20,829 bases of DNA from Azolla caroliniana (GCA_043228905.1 JBHGNT010000558.1:1-20829), one strand, 5' to 3'. Positions 1-9,330 are shown, numbered from the stretch's first letter. The notes: generated from the letters alone by a model not told the origin. Program-made: numbers and translations.

Positions 1-3000
1 ATTCTCGTACCGTCGAGTTCCGCCAGATGATACGTCCCGTTGTCGTTGGCGCTCTGTACCGTGTACGGCCCGAACCATCTCTGTGCGAACTTCCGCGTTG
101 CTCGGTGCTGGTTGTCGAGGCTGCTGTCGTAGACGAGCACCCAGTCACCTTCGTCGATTTTCTTCGGTCGTAGCCGGTGCGTTCGGTCGAACCGGGCTTT
201 GTTCTTTGTCCTCGCCACCCGGAGCTTCTCCGTAGCCAGTGCCACGTCCTCCGGTCTCCGCTCGAGCTGTCGTATACGCGCGGCCAACAACTCCTCCCGG
301 CTCATCTCGTCCCTCCAGTCGACCGTTGCCCACGAGGAGATCGTCCGTTCAATCGGCATGATCGGCTTCTGGCCGAACATGAGCTCTGTTGGCATGTACC
401 CGGTTACCGAACTGTGCGTGGTCCGGTCTGCCCACAAGGCATAAGGTAGGAGCCGCGGCCAGTCACCGATTCGGCCTCCGCATGCCCGAACCAACGCCTT
501 GACGATCGGTCCGTGCCCGCGCTCCACCTTTCCATTCGCCTCCGGATTGTACGCAGTGGTGAGCGAGTGCTTGACCCCCAGCCGGTCGAACAGCTCCGCG
601 GCTTCTTCGGCGTCCAACTCCCCTCGGTCAGCCACGATCTTCCCGACGCACCCGTACCGGCATATCACGTCCTCGATTAGGAACCGACACACGGCCGCGG
701 TCGTCTTGTTCTGAAGGGCTCGGCCTTCCACCTGGTTCGTCAGGTCTTCCCGCGCTAGGACCAGATACCGCATCTGTCCTACCCCCATTGGCATCGTCAC
801 CAGATCTACCATCCATTTGAAGTGGATAGTCGGAGGGTACGTAGGGCGAAGCCCGTCCCGGTGTCGGACTATCGAGTGCATCTGACAACTCTCGCAAGTT
901 GACACGAACCGATGCACGTCCCGGTACAATCCCGGCCACCAGTACTTCCCCTTCAGCTTCTCAAACGTCGCCCACGTTCCACGGTGTCCAGCCCAAGGGC
1001 TGTCGTGGTGGGCCGCCAGTAGCTCCTCCTGTTCTTCCTTCATCGCCACCACCCGGAGCGGGACGCCGTTCCTCTTCTTCGGGTGCTTCCACAAATGCCC
1101 ATCTCGGAGAAAGAATCGGTATGCTTTCTTCCGGATCCGGTTGGCCTCGTCCTTCGTCCATGACGCATCGGGCGTCATTGCCTTCAAAAACCCGCCGATC
1201 TGCAGCCACTCCCCGTCGTACTTGCTCGCGTCGAACTCGTTAAGCGTCGGAGTGCTCATCCCGTCGGTCGTTATGTACGCCGCCTCGAAGAAATCCACGC
1301 CGACTTCTTCGTCTTCCGAAACCATGCCGCCCTCGTCGTCGAACCTCGCCCTCGAAAGCATGTCGGCCATGGCGTTGTCTTTCCCGGAAATGTGTCGTAT
1401 TTCCGGGTCCAGGGACTTGATGTACGCTATCCACCTGAGCATTGCCAGGTCCGGAGTCGCGCATCCGGAAACCATACCGAGAATCGGCAGGCAATCCGTC
1501 TCGATGATCACTTCTGTCCCTATCAGGTAATCTTTGTCGGCCTTAACCGCCGAAACAATACCCCAGAGTTCGCGTTTAACCTGGGCGTATCCTCGCTGCC
1601 GTTCACTGAGGACTTTCGCGCCGAATCGGATCGGAAACCGATTGCCGTCCTCGTCTTCCTGGTTCACGACCCATCCAATCCCGGTCGGACTGGTATCCAC
1701 CGTTATGAATACCGGGGTACCCTTCCCGTATACCGCCTTCCGGAGTGCCGGTGCCGCTGCAAGGGCCTCTTTCAGCTTCCGGACCGATTCCGCGTGCTCG
1801 TCCAGCCATTCGAACCTTCGCCCCTTTTTCAGCAACCCGTACAGTGGCTCCGCGACGTGTGCGTAATGCGGGATCCATATGTGGTAGAACGCGCATGCCC
1901 CCAGGAATCTCCGTACTTCCGTGACCGAGCTGCAGTCGGGCTTCATCGCGGAGATGGCTTCTACCTTTGCCGGAGACGGTTTCCGGCCATATGGCCCGCA
2001 CAGGTGTCCGACCACCATGATTTCTGACTGCCCGAAGGCCGACTTCTCCCCGGAGAAGGTGAGTCTCGCATCCTCTAGCCTTTGCAGCACCTTCTCGCAG
2101 TCGTCGATGTGCGTCGCTACGAATCGCCGGCATCCGTCCGGCCCGATCGTCTCGTCCCTTTCTTCCACCGGGCATCCCTTGATCGGAATGTCGTCCAGAA
2201 ACGGCATGGTGATGTCCGGGATACAGTCCCTCAGAACCTTGTTCATCGCATTCACCATGTGGGCCACCGAGTTGGTCCCTCCTTGCGGCAGTGTACACAT
2301 CCGAACTAGGCCAAGGGGAGTTCGCATCGTCGTAATGTCTCTGCTCTCCACGGCTAGCTGGAACTGGTCGTACCCTGAGTATAGATCCCCGACCGAGTAA
2401 ATTGACCTTCCGGCGAAGGCCTCCGCGAACTCGTCTATGGTCGGTCCGATCCCTGCGTTCCGAATGGTCACTCGATTGACCGGCTGCAGGTCCTGGATGA
2501 AGCGCAACGAACCGTTTTTCTTCGGTACGGTAAACCATCGATTCGAATATGGGGCGCTCGACGGCTCGAGAATTCCCATATCAACTTTCTGCCTCAGCAG
2601 CTCCATCAACTTCGGGATGTGAGCTCTCGGAACCGGGATTGGCTTGAGATTCCATGGTACATGCGGTACCGTGAATATCACCATTGGCTCCACGATCGTC
2701 GGGTCAACGCACCCGATTTCCTCCGGCGAGAATGCGAAGGCTTTCCCGTGCCTTCCGAGCATTCTCCGAAACCGGTCTTCCTCCGCCGGCAGTAGGAACC
2801 CGCCCCCACCTATTTTGAGCTCTCGGAGCGTCTCGTCGGTGAAGGTGTGCCCTATGCAGGCCGGATCTCGTAGACTAGGGTCCGATGCAACCCCTTTGAT
2901 TCTCGACGCGCTGTCCTCCGGTAAGGGTGCCGCGACTGGCCTTACCTTCCGGTCCACAGTCTTGTACTTGGTGCTTACGCGGGCCGTCCGAACTGACTCG

Positions 3001-3365
3001 AGTCCTCGACCGAAGTCCGCGATGACTCCGTACATCTCCTCGGAACACACCGGTATCGTCCGGTCTTTGCTAAGGCCTTCTTCGACTACCTTTCCCAGCA
3101 TTCCCAAGGTGTCGTCGAATGAGACCGCCTCCACGGCTCCGTTGATTTCTTCGTCAGGGCCGAGAACTCCGCACGCTCGAAGCCTCCCCTCCGCCTTTGT
3201 CTTCTCTCGGCCGCCGATGCCGACTATCGTACATGCTCCGCTGTCGGAGAACAAAAATTCCCTACCTATGGTACAAGGTTTCTTTGGTTTTATCGTACAG
3301 GTGTGAGGTTTTCCCGGAGCATCCGGACTGTCGCGGCCCCACGCCTTGGCAGTCCTCTCTAAAAA
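1..3365 (-). CDS. pol: Element A Pol (RT-RNase H-integrase), -1 frame relative to gag-PR, open to the window edge
   Basis: Hand translation gives KYKTVDRKVRPV; RT FIQDLQPVNRVTIRN and TMPFLDDIPIKG; RNase H ITVDTSPTGIG...RELWG...IETDC; integrase H..H..CESC, IVADRGE, NGKVERG and RWFGPY. The last upstream stop in this frame is 3417-3419. It is probably missing from the ORF track because no stop occurs before base 1. Confidence 0.92.
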
Positions 3366-3368
3366 TCC
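3325..3368 (-). promoter_or_regulatory. Putative -1 programmed ribosomal frameshift signal: G GAU UUU heptamer, 6-nt spacer, stem-loop
   Basis: Minus strand reads G GAT TTT TAG AGA GGACTG...CAGTCC. Heptamer at 3368-3362, stem arms at 3355-3350 and 3330-3325. The pol frame is exactly -1. Confidence 0.75.
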
Positions 3369-5485
3369 TCTCGGTTGTCGGAACCGAGGGAGTCGCGGTT
3401 ACGCTCGTGGTTCGGCCTAACCGTCAAAAACTGGACCGAATGGCGCCCGTCCTGGCTCTTGACCCGCGCATAGGCCGAACCGTTGTCCAGCACCTTGGTC
3501 TCCATTCGAGCCGCCGTGATGTACGGCTCTCCCAGTATGACGGGGTGCGATGACGACTCCTGCACGAAGAAGTGCTGGTCTATCTCGACATCGCCAATCT
3601 TGACCCGTACATTCGGGCAGGCCCCGTGAAGTTCCTCGGTGGCGCGCGTCGCCGCCCTTATCTTCCATCCGTGCTTGGTGTTGATCGGCCATTTGCCCTT
3701 CTTATAGAAGTCCATGGACATCAGGTTGATTTCCGATCCGTGGTCCACCAAAGCTACTACCGGTTCCTGTACATCGCCGATCTTTACCGGGGTCTCCGTG
3801 GTCGCTCGGGCCCAGTGTGGCCGCGAATAGTGGCTTCCCGCCCACTCGTCTTCCAGCGCCATGTCGTCCAGGTGCGTCGTCCGCACTTCCACCGGTCTCT
3901 CCGGTTCTGTCTCCGTTGACAGCCTCTTCCGTTTCACCAAGTCCACAATGGAGTCGTGGAACTCCTTCTTGGCGATTCCCAGCACCTCCCGTAGCGACAG
4001 CTCCACCTTGCTGTCGAGGATCCGTTCCTCCAGGACCTTTCGTAAGTCCGTGGTTCTTTCTATCTCCGTCCCCAGACGGTACCCGCCCTTCTGGGGTTTA
4101 TCTCGCGTACCGGCCCCGCCGGCTTCGTCCCGTCGTGGCCCGGACCGGGTCTCGTATCGTTGTGAGGGCCCGGTCGTCCCGGGTTTCCCCACCCGCTTCT
4201 CTTCTACCAGAGCCTCGTAGTTCCGGCAAGCGGCTTCCACGAAGCCCGTCTTTTCCTCGACCGGGTCGCTCCACCCGGTCATCTCCCGTACCCGTTTCTC
4301 CGCACGGTCCGATTCCTCCCTTTTAAGCCCTGCACCGGCAAGGCCTTCCAGCATCGTCGGCCAGAATCCGGCTTTGGTTTCCCCCCGGGCCTCGCCGCCC
4401 CCGACTCGAATGCCGGCTGACGCCGAGTAGTGGACGGTTTCCGCGTGTCGGGCCGCCGCCTCTTCCATCAACCTCTTCATTCCGCCTCGCCCGTCGTTTC
4501 GGTTTAGGGCTCTTCTCGTGTCGCTGGCGTGAACCCGTCCTTCCCACAGGTACACCACCCTGTTCCTCAGCGCCTCCGCGAAGTCGCCGCAGTCCTTCCG
4601 AATGTGGCCGACTTCATCGCACCACATGCACCTGTTTCCTGCCGCCGGCCGTCGGTCACGAGCCGGTTCGCCTCCTTCCCTTCGGGCCTGCGCGATTTGG
4701 AGGTCCTTTATCGCCTTCGTCAATTCCTCCAGCGCCTCTCCTCCGGTTGAGCCTCTGACTACGCCGGTCGAAGCCGAACCGGTTTCCAACCACTCCCGGG
4801 TCTCTTCCTTGCGCACCTGCGGCGCTGGTTCGAGCTTCCTTGCAGCGACCGAGCCCGACCCGGTCGCCCCGTTATCCGCCCATTCTCGCCGTTTGTCGAA
4901 ACGGCCACAGACCTTCCTGACAGCCGCCCAGTCGGTAGTGAGCCCGTCTTCGGTCTCCAGCAAGAAGCCCACTTGCTCCCGATCCCGCTCGTCGACCGAC
5001 TTGACAAACAGCAAGACCCGGCTCGTGTCCAGGATGGTTCTGTCGAGCGCCGAAAGGCGCGCAAAGTTTTCCTCGAACTCCCGGAGGAGCGCCGACGCGT
5101 TTCTTCCCTTCCCCGGGGACTCCACCCATTCCATGAACCTTCGCTTCGAAAGCCGGAGCGCGTCGTCCAGCCCGTATTTCTCTAGGAGCCGACCTTCGAA
5201 CTCCTCCCAGGTACGGCTCTCCGTCCGCACCTCGAGCACCTCCGCATGGATGCTCGGCATCGCCACTCGGGGAAATCCGGCAAGACGCCTTTCTTCCGGA
5301 ATGTCCCGCATCAGCATCTCTGCACCGTAGGACGCCAAATACTTCGTGGCATCCTTCCCATCGAACCGGCCGATCGTGCCGACGACCGCCTCAATAGCTC
5401 TGTCGAGGGCACCGGAGCTCTCGCGCGCGTTTACAATCCGATCCACGGCCGAAGCCATGGCCTCTGCAAGATCCGACCCCCTCAT
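3359..5485 (-). CDS. gag: Element A ORF1: Gag plus aspartic protease polyprotein
   Basis: Uninterrupted ORF with zinc knuckle CMWCDEVGHIRKDC and protease motifs ALVDHGSEINL and PVILGEPY. The first ATG is at 5485; the track's GTG start at 5512 lies inside the PBS. Confidence 0.93.
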   Translation of the reverse strand: MRGSDLAEAMASAVDRIVNARESSGALDRAIEAVVGTIGRFDGKDATKYLASYGAEMLMRDIPEERRLAGFPRVAMPSIHAEVLEVRTESRTWEEFEGRLLEKYGLDDALRLSKRRFMEWVESPGKGRNASALLREFEENFARLSALDRTILDTSRVLLFVKSVDERDREQVGFLLETEDGLTTDWAAVRKVCGRFDKRREWADNGATGSGSVAARKLEPAPQVRKEETREWLETGSASTGVVRGSTGGEALEELTKAIKDLQIAQARREGGEPARDRRPAAGNRCMWCDEVGHIRKDCGDFAEALRNRVVYLWEGRVHASDTRRALNRNDGRGGMKRLMEEAAARHAETVHYSASAGIRVGGGEARGETKAGFWPTMLEGLAGAGLKREESDRAEKRVREMTGWSDPVEEKTGFVEAACRNYEALVEEKRVGKPGTTGPSQRYETRSGPRRDEAGGAGTRDKPQKGGYRLGTEIERTTDLRKVLEERILDSKVELSLREVLGIAKKEFHDSIVDLVKRKRLSTETEPERPVEVRTTHLDDMALEDEWAGSHYSRPHWARATTETPVKIGDVQEPVVALVDHGSEINLMSMDFYKKGKWPINTKHGWKIRAATRATEELHGACPNVRVKIGDVEIDQHFFVQESSSHPVILGEPYITAARMETKVLDNGSAYARVKSQDGRHSVQFLTVRPNHERNRDSLGSDNREDF

Positions 5486-5507
5486 TTCCTGCTCTTCTGC
5501 CGCCTCT

Positions 5508-5525
5508 TTCACGTCGGGTTCACCA
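5508..5525 (-). promoter_or_regulatory. Primer binding site of A, complementary to the 3' end of tRNA-Trp
   Basis: Plus strand TTCACGTCGGGTTCACCA matches, from memory, the last 18 nt (with CCA) of plant cytosolic tRNA-Trp. It sits 3 nt from the LTR end. Confidence 0.85.
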
Positions 5526-5528
5526 AGA

Positions 5529-6201
5529 TGTCGGGGCGCCTACGCCCTTGCGTGCAGAAAGGAGGAGGGACCACGGGGGTCTTGAACCGAAGAGCAAGAG
5601 AGAGCGGAGTGAGAGAGAGACCCGATTACACAGAACCGAAGATTGCACAGGGACACGGCCCTACAAACAGAGATCACAAACAAACGCCGACGCAGATGGA
5701 CGCAACAACGAAAGATATGTACTTATGAAAGCAAGAAAATAACAGACCAAAGTATTACAACCCACGGAAGGGCACGAAATAGATGCTAACGAAAGCGAAC
5801 AGGGCGGCGAACAGATGCCGACCCCTGTATGTCGCGACGCACGGAAAGGGGAAAACAGGTCGGAGGTGCTGCAGGACGCACTCGGGGCGTTCCACGGGAC
5901 AGCGCAAGCCTCCTCGAAACCTGCACAGGTACGCGATGGAGCAGAAGACAGCGAAAGCAGGAGTGAGAGAGGAGCTCCGAAAACGGTTCGGCAGCACTTC
6001 GTCCTCTCTCCGCGAGATACCTCACTTCTATTCTTCCTCTTCCTTTTATACCCCGTCAAGAGGCCGTTTGGCATTAACTGCATACCAACCGAATCTACCC
6101 ACCTAGGATCCTCGTATGTACTTCTTGGCGCGCGTGTGTGTAGAGCCGTTTCCCACGCCTTGTTCCTCCGATTCCTCTCGTGGGCGGTTTTCTTCACGAC
6201 A
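5529..6201 (-). repeat. 5' LTR of element A (673 bp)
   Basis: TGTCG...CGACA termini, adjacent PBS, and TATAAAA on the minus strand at 6050-6044. The right boundary coincides with the start of B LTR homology. The partner LTR is outside the window. Confidence 0.85.
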
Positions 6202-6545
6202 CCGGTACGCAAACCGGTGCGTAACGAGAGGCCATATCAGTGCGTAAACCGAAAGGCCATTAGAGAAATATTCCTCGTAAGGAATAATTTTGGGAGTGAG
6301 TGTCGAGGCTCATTTATGAGCAGTCAAGTACTGTCAATACTTGTGTCAACCCGACTGTTAGGGCTTGTATAAAAGTGCTCACTGAGCATATCCTATGTAC
6401 AGAGAGTTAGTATTTCTTGAATTGAGTTTTTGTGTGTGTTCTCTCTCTGTCTCTCCCGCGTACTGTGTATACTCAAGCTCTCCATTAAACCTGCGTGTTT
6501 TCTATGTGTTTGGTTTTCTATTGCTTCCGCACATAATCTTTTACA
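6202..6545 (+). repeat. 3' part of the B 5' LTR (first ~108 bp displaced by insertion of A)
   Basis: Aligns without gaps to 16886-17229 with about 20 substitutions in 344 bp by hand count. TATAAAA at 6368-6374; ends ...TTTTACA. Confidence 0.95.
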
Positions 6546-6557
6546 TGGTATCAGAGC
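6546..6557 (+). promoter_or_regulatory. PBS of B (tRNA-iMet)
   Basis: TGGTATCAGAGC directly follows the LTR-terminal CA. Confidence 0.95.
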
Positions 6558-6629
6558 GCGAGGGTTGAGAACCTTTGCAGTCGACATAGCTTGAAAAGAA
6601 AAACCAACCAAGAAGAACAGGTAAAACCG

Positions 6630-8621
6630 ATGGATAGAGGCATGGCTAGCTCGCTTCCGACGGAGAAGCTCGACAGAAACAACTACGCATCTTGGTCCTA
6701 CAAGATGCACCAGTACTTGCTCGGACACGGTTACTGGAGCTATGTTGATGGAGCAAATGACATAGCACCTGATTCGACAAACAAAGACTTCGCGGCTTGG
6801 GAACAGTCGGTGAGCAGAGTATTGTACTGCTTCGCGTCTTGTGTGGGCGAACAACTCCGGAGCTATATTCGGGATGCGAAAATGCCAAAGGATGCTTGGA
6901 GAAATCTGAAGAAGATCTTCGCTACAAGCACCACAGCTAGGAACCTTCAACTCCGATAGGAGTTGAGCAATTTATGACAGTGCGACTTGTCAGTGGCTGA
7001 TTACACCTCGAAGATCAAAGATATATGCGACTCTCTATCCTCTATTGATATGAACGTCGAGGAAGGCGAGATGGTTCAAGTCGGTCTTGGGGAACTAGCG
7101 TCGAAGTTCAGAGTGTTCCGAACTGCTGTGTGCACACGGGAGAATATGCTGTTGTTTTTCGACTTAAAATCGATGCTCCTTATAGAGGAGAACCACGCGG
7201 GTGCGTCGATGAGCACGCATGCCGACAAGAAGATGCTGTACACAAAGGGAGATAGGCCCCGTGGTCGTGGCGGATGAGGCAACCCGGTGTGCAATGGAGG
7301 CGGCCGACGGGATCAAGGAAGAAGGCACCAGAGTGATGCCGACAGCAATTCCAGACCCTTTGGAAACAGGCGGAGTCGAGGCGACGAGAATCGGCAAGGG
7401 AAATCTGCCGCGGAATGCTGGTAATGTGGCAAGAAAGGCCATAGGGAGAGCGAGTGCTGGAAAAAGCGCGCCGATTTGGAGAGAACCGGGTCTGGATCAG
7501 GTTCCGGACAGACCGACAAGGGTAATCGGTAGTGATCGCACTACGCCGAAGGATCCGGAAAAGGGTCAGCCTTCGTGAAAAGACACGAAGCGAACTCGAT
7601 GAAGAAGTCCACTCAGAAATCGGACGAGGTGTGGTACGTCAACTCCGGCGCGTCAAACCACATGACGTGCCACGAGGAGTGGTTCTCATACCTTGAGAAA
7701 CCGACGCAACCGAGAGTAGTCGCAACCGGAGACGACACTCCGCACCCGATTGCGAATGTCGGTGAAGTTCCCTTGAGCCATGTCGGGCAGAAATGGAAAC
7801 TCATGAATGTGTTACACGTCCCGACTATCACAAAGAACTTGGTGTCGGTCGGGCAGATTGTCGACCAGGGGATGCAGGTTCGGTTTACGCATCTCGGGTG
7901 CTTCATTGAGGAAGAAGGCTGAGTTATTGCGCAAGGGCGCAGAGACGGGAGGATGTATATCCTCGACTCTAGCAACAGTGGCACCGCAATGTTCGCAAAA
8001 GGACAAAAAGTTGAGTCGGATATTGACTTATGGCACAAGCGGATAGGCCACGTCAACTATCAACGGCTTTAGGACCTGCAATCGAAACAGGTGGTGTTCG
8101 GATTGCCCAAATTTAGTGGCCGGAAGGCACAAATTTGTGAAGCATGCCAACTAGGGAAGAAACACTGACTTCCCTTCCCTAACGAGTGTAACCGGAGCCA
8201 GAACAAGCTCGACTTGATATATTCCGATGTATGGGGGCCGACACAGAATGTTAGTCTTGGCGGGAGTCGATATTTCGTCTCTTTCATCGACGACTATACG
8301 CGGCACACGTGGATCTACCTCATCGAGAAGAAGAGTGAAGTCTTTGATTGTTTTCGGGACCTCAAAGGGTTTGTGGAAACGGAAACAAGACAAAAGATCA
8401 AGTGCTTGCGGTCAGATGGCAGAAAAGAGTATTTTTCCGGTTAGTTCAACGGGTATCTACAACAGATGGGAATTCGGCATGAATTCAGTTGCAGATACAT
8501 GCCGGAGCAAAACGGCGTGGCCGAGAGGAGGAATCGGTCAATTGTAGAAGTAGCATGGGCAATGCTAGAGGAAAAGAGCTTGCCCAACTTCTATTGGGCC
8601 GAGGCGGTACGAACAACGATA
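6630..8621 (+). pseudogene. B polyprotein, 5' part: gag, zinc knuckle, protease, GAG-pre-integrase and integrase core
   Basis: KLDRNNYASW; CW*CGKKGHRESEC; WYVNSGASNHM (catalytic D to N); LWHKRIGH...CEAC; IYSDVWGP; KCLRSDG; QNGVAERRNR. Multiple premature stops. Confidence 0.92.
8617..8621. repeat. Left target-site duplication of C (CGATA)
   Basis: Identical CGATA at 13986-13990. Removing C and one copy restores the B integrase frame WAEAVRTTI-YIQNRI. Confidence 0.95.
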
Positions 8622-8651
8622 TGTTAGGAAACAGGTCCCTCCGGACGGGAT

Positions 8652-8828
8652 GACCTAGTGAGAACCAGATGACGAGTACCCGGCAAGAGCTGGATGATGA
8701 AGACCTGGTGAGAACCGGATGATGAGTGCCCGGCAAGCGCCGGATGAAGGAGTACCCGGAAACGGAAGACCCGGTGAGAACCGGATGATGAGGGCCTAGC
8801 AAGTGCCGGATGATGCAGGCCCGGTGAG
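8652..8828 (+). repeat. CCGG-rich U3 repeats in the C LTR (3 full copies and 1 partial)
   Basis: GACCCGGTGAGAACCGGATGATGAGTGCCCGGCAAG-like units start at 8652, 8702 and 8768, with a partial unit at 8818. The same units occur in the 3' LTR. Confidence 0.85.
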
Positions 8829-9001
8829 GAGTGCTCACCGGATGGAGGGACATATTCGTAAATATGTTTTCTGAAAGTCCATCGGGGCTATATTTGTAAA
8901 TAGCTGAAAAGTCATATTAGTATAAATATGACTTAGGGCAAACTTAGAGATGTGGTTGTCATTCTTGTTGGTGCTAGATCAGAGAGCGCGTAACAGTGTA
9001 C

Positions 9002-9025
9002 AGAGAGAGAGAGAGAGAGAGAGAG
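9002..9025 (+). repeat. (AG)12 microsatellite in the C 5' LTR; (AG)8 at 13744-13759 in the 3' LTR
   Basis: Read directly from the sequence. Confidence 0.9.
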
Positions 9026-9303
9026 GAAGAGGTCGTTGCCTCTGTTGTAACCGCCGCCTGTGGCGAAGATCGTGAGCACGAGGTCGTTGCCTCCATGAGC
9101 TCACTGTTGTAATCATTGTGATATAGTGATAGTTTGGAGTTTGTGAACTCCCGTGGTTTTTCCCTCTTAGGGTTTTCCACGTTAAACATCCTGTGTACTC
9201 TTCTCTCCTTTGTGTCGTGCGTTCATTATCCATTTTCTGTGTTTGATTTTAGACTCGGTTGTGGCCGAGCGTTGTTCATCAGAGCGTGTAGTTCCTGTCA
9301 AAG

Positions 9304-9315
9304 TGGTATCAGAGC
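9304..9315 (+). promoter_or_regulatory. PBS of C (tRNA-iMet)
   Basis: TGGTATCAGAGC, 3 nt after the LTR end. Confidence 0.95.
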
Positions 9316-9330
9316 GAAACGACACAGAAG

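Larger units (their letters stand above)
1..6201 (-). mobile_element. Element A: Ty3/Gypsy LTR retrotransposon (non-chromovirus-like, possibly Phygy/Selgy-type); 3' end lies off the left edge
   Basis: The minus strand carries LTR, PBS, gag (CCHC), PR, RT, RNase H, INT in Gypsy order. The LTR ends ...CTTCACGACA at 6201, where B LTR sequence begins. The lineage call is inference from the Trp PBS and layout. Confidence 0.95.
8622..9300 (+). repeat. 5' LTR of C (679 bp)
   Basis: TGTTAGGAA...CCTGTCA, matching 13362-13985. TATAAAT at 8921-8927. Confidence 0.97.

Noticed and set aside
145-3306. Many alternative-frame and antisense ORFs over A pol (e.g. 1603-2538, 1392-2027, 2644-3306)
   Set aside because: They are shadows of a GC-rich coding frame and carry no motifs. 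The true pol frame is absent from the track because it runs off the edge.
2490-3362. Additional (archaeal-type) RNase H as in Tat elements
   Set aside because: No RNase H catalytic motif is visible between PR and RT or between RH and INT. A chromodomain or extra domain after INT cannot be judged because that region is off-window.
5486-5512. GTG start for the 717-aa ORF
   Set aside because: It lies within the PBS, and in a eukaryotic context the ATG at 5485 is more plausible.
3572-5728. Plus-strand ORFs antisense to A gag (e.g. 4602-5330, 242 aa)
   Set aside because: Ser/Pro/Arg-rich antisense shadows with no counterpart evident in D.
5661-6372. 183-185 aa ORFs in A's LTR
   Set aside because: They cross the A/B junction, so they are chimeric, and they have no recognisable domain.
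8485-8853. Duplicated minus-strand ORFs (8485-8853 with 13192-13593; 8974-9233 with 13714-13995)
   Set aside because: The duplication is just the LTR pair, and the peptides reflect U3 repeats and the AG microsatellite.
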